Source: Felixounavirus NRG857CP1. From it: a stretch of DNA of 64,000 nucleotides. The stretch lies in the sequence record OZ035806.1, one strand, 5' to 3'. Both the position numbers and the translations under genes were made by a program. A model generated the notes under the pieces. The model did not search any database, had not been told where the DNA came from, and was given only the letters and a program-made list of their open reading frames with translations. This document shows positions 62,677 to 64,000 of this stretch, piece by piece. Positions within the stretch are counted from its first letter, which is position 1, and the number at the start of each line of letters is the position of its first letter.

Positions 62677-63411
62677 ATGAAAGAGATGACAGAACAAGGT
62701 AAGGAGATTTTTAATCTCTTAAAAACTGGTAAAGGGTTTTCTAACCCCCTTATTACTGGTGCAGCAGTTCTCGGTGGAACCGTAGCTGCCTCTACATCAC
62801 TTGTAAGCTCTATTAGCTCTGTATCAGACCCTACAGTAAAGGATAAGCTTGTTGCTGCTGGACTTACAACAGTCCTTCTAAACAGCTTTACAACAAGCCT
62901 TACAAGCACTACAGCAACTACTAAAACTCTGACAGACTATGGTCAAAAGTCTATTGATGAGTTTTCATCACGTATGCAGGTAGCAAAGGGGTATTCCAAT
63001 GTTATGGGTGCAGCAGGAGAACAAGTTGGTTGTACACCATTCAGTGGTATCATGGGTGTTGCTACAGAGTATGGTCAAAAAGCTATTGATATGATGAACA
63101 GTACACTAGATAGTGTTAATGGTGTGTTAAGTGACTTGCAAGATGCTATTGATAAGGGTCTTGATACTGTTTCTGATTTAGCTAATCAAGCTGTTAGTAA
63201 GATTAATGAAGGTATTTCAAAGATTACAGCTTATGCAGATGAAGTTGTGCAGATGATTGAAGAAGAAGCTGCCCTTATTGCAGAGTACCTTAAAACGAAT
63301 ATCAATGGGTTCTTAGCAGGCATCTTACCAGACTGGTTTGATGATGCCTGTAAAACTGGTGTAATTGACACTATTGCAACACCAGAAATGAAGAGCGCAT
63401 TACAGAAATAA
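62677..63411 (+). CDS. hypothetical Ser/Thr/Ala-rich protein
   Basis: start at ATG after tRNA-Phe (track ORF begins at GTG 62614 inside the tRNA). Confidence 0.4.
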   Translation: MKEMTEQGKEIFNLLKTGKGFSNPLITGAAVLGGTVAASTSLVSSISSVSDPTVKDKLVAAGLTTVLLNSFTTSLTSTTATTKTLTDYGQKSIDEFSSRMQVAKGYSNVMGAAGEQVGCTPFSGIMGVATEYGQKAIDMMNSTLDSVNGVLSDLQDAIDKGLDTVSDLANQAVSKINEGISKITAYADEVVQMIEEEAALIAEYLKTNINGFLAGILPDWFDDACKTGVIDTIATPEMKSALQK

Positions 63412-63412
63412 T

Positions 63413-63505
63413 GGAAGATTAACCCTAAAAGGTAAGGGAGCAGTTTGCTAAACTGCCAGTAGCTGAGAAATCGGTGTACCAGTTCAAGTCTGGTATCTTC
63501 CTCCA
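63413..63505 (+). tRNA. tRNA-Ser (anticodon GCT), long variable arm
   Basis: acceptor GGAAGAT/ATCTTCC, anticodon arm GCAGT-TTGCTAA-ACTGC, long variable arm, T-loop ACCAGTTCAAGTCTGGT. Confidence 0.7.
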
Positions 63506-63509
63506 ATTT

Positions 63510-63585
63510 GAATCCGTGACAGAAATGGCTATGTGCCTGTCTGCAAAACAGGTTTATAAGGGTTCGAGTCCCTTCGGATTCTCCA
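63510..63585 (+). tRNA. tRNA-Cys (anticodon GCA)
   Basis: acceptor GAATCCG/CGGATTC, anticodon arm CCTGT-CTGCAAA-ACAGG, T-loop AAGGGTTCGAGTCCCTT, U73. Confidence 0.7.
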
Positions 63586-63629
63586 ATTTATTTTACTCTC
63601 TCTCAATTAAAATAATAATAATGCCCTGC

Positions 63630-63690
63630 TATAAGTATTCTTCCTTTCGCTACCGAAGAGTATTTTTAGACAGGGCTTTTTTACAGAGTT
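63630..63690 (+). terminator. terminator-like hairpin after tRNA cluster
   Basis: GCCCTG...CAGGGC followed by TTTTTT. Confidence 0.4.
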
Positions 63691-63807
63691 ATACTTTATA
63701 AGAAGCCTTATACAGTATGTCTCTGACGTACATTGTGGTTTCTCCTTGACGGTCTCTGTACCGTCTTTTTTAAGGGGAAACATGATTAACTATTTGGAGA
63801 AAACATA

Positions 63808-64000
63808 ATGAGCGAGACCATTTATAAAGAACTTTATGAAGCTAATAAGAAGCTAGAATTTATGCAGAATACTATCATGGCAATTGCAGACAGATTGTCT
63901 GTAGCAACAGGTATTGATATTAAAGAAGCATCTATGGATGCACTTCTTGATGCTGTTGATGCAAAGTTCGAAGTTAAGAAAGAAGAGACTGCTACAGACT
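63808..64000 (+). CDS. hypothetical protein, 3'-truncated by window end
   Basis: ATG preceded by GGAGAAAAC RBS; ORF runs to the end of the window. Confidence 0.4.
   Translation, partial: MSETIYKELYEANKKLEFMQNTIMAIADRLSVATGIDIKEASMDALLDAVDAKFEVKKEETATD

Noticed and set aside
1-64000. Integrated prophage or genomic island interpretation (integrase, attachment sites, flanking host genes)
   Set aside because: No integrase, recombinase, transposase or bacterial housekeeping genes were recognised; the content is uniformly lytic-phage-like. A tRNA cluster of this size is a phage feature, not an integration target.

Overview
This window reads as a segment of a large virulent tailed-phage genome; no integrase, transposase or host housekeeping genes were seen. 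All calls are from manual reading of the six-frame track and sequence, with no database search; coordinates of RNA genes and regulatory elements are approximate (about +/-2 nt). Gene blocks: minus strand 528..10274 (thymidylate synthase, DHFR, ATP-dependent DNA ligase, family A DNA polymerase), plus strand 10502..46990 (T7-type replisome: primase-helicase, SSB, 5'-3' exonuclease; dNMP kinase; aerobic NrdAB plus glutaredoxin and anaerobic NrdDG ribonucleotide reductases; PRPP-synthetase-like plus NAMPT-like pair; rIIA-like GHKL ATPase; macro-domain protein; an array of 14 small early-type genes), minus strand 48707..55689 (lysozyme, Ig-like protein, unknowns), plus strand 55918..end (vWA-like protein, about 27 tRNA genes with embedded HNH endonuclease). 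The strongest candidate system is the adjacent PRPP-synthetase-like and NAMPT-like genes (29716..32424), an arrangement matching the phage NAD+ reconstitution pathway NARP1 that counters NAD+-depleting host immunity. Other signals worth follow-up: two families of promoter-hairpin-RBS cassettes driving the small-gene array, an iteron-like repeat cluster, a 1.6 kb non-coding region packed with helically phased TTGTTAAG-like boxes, and structured repeat elements with covarying stems between tRNA genes.
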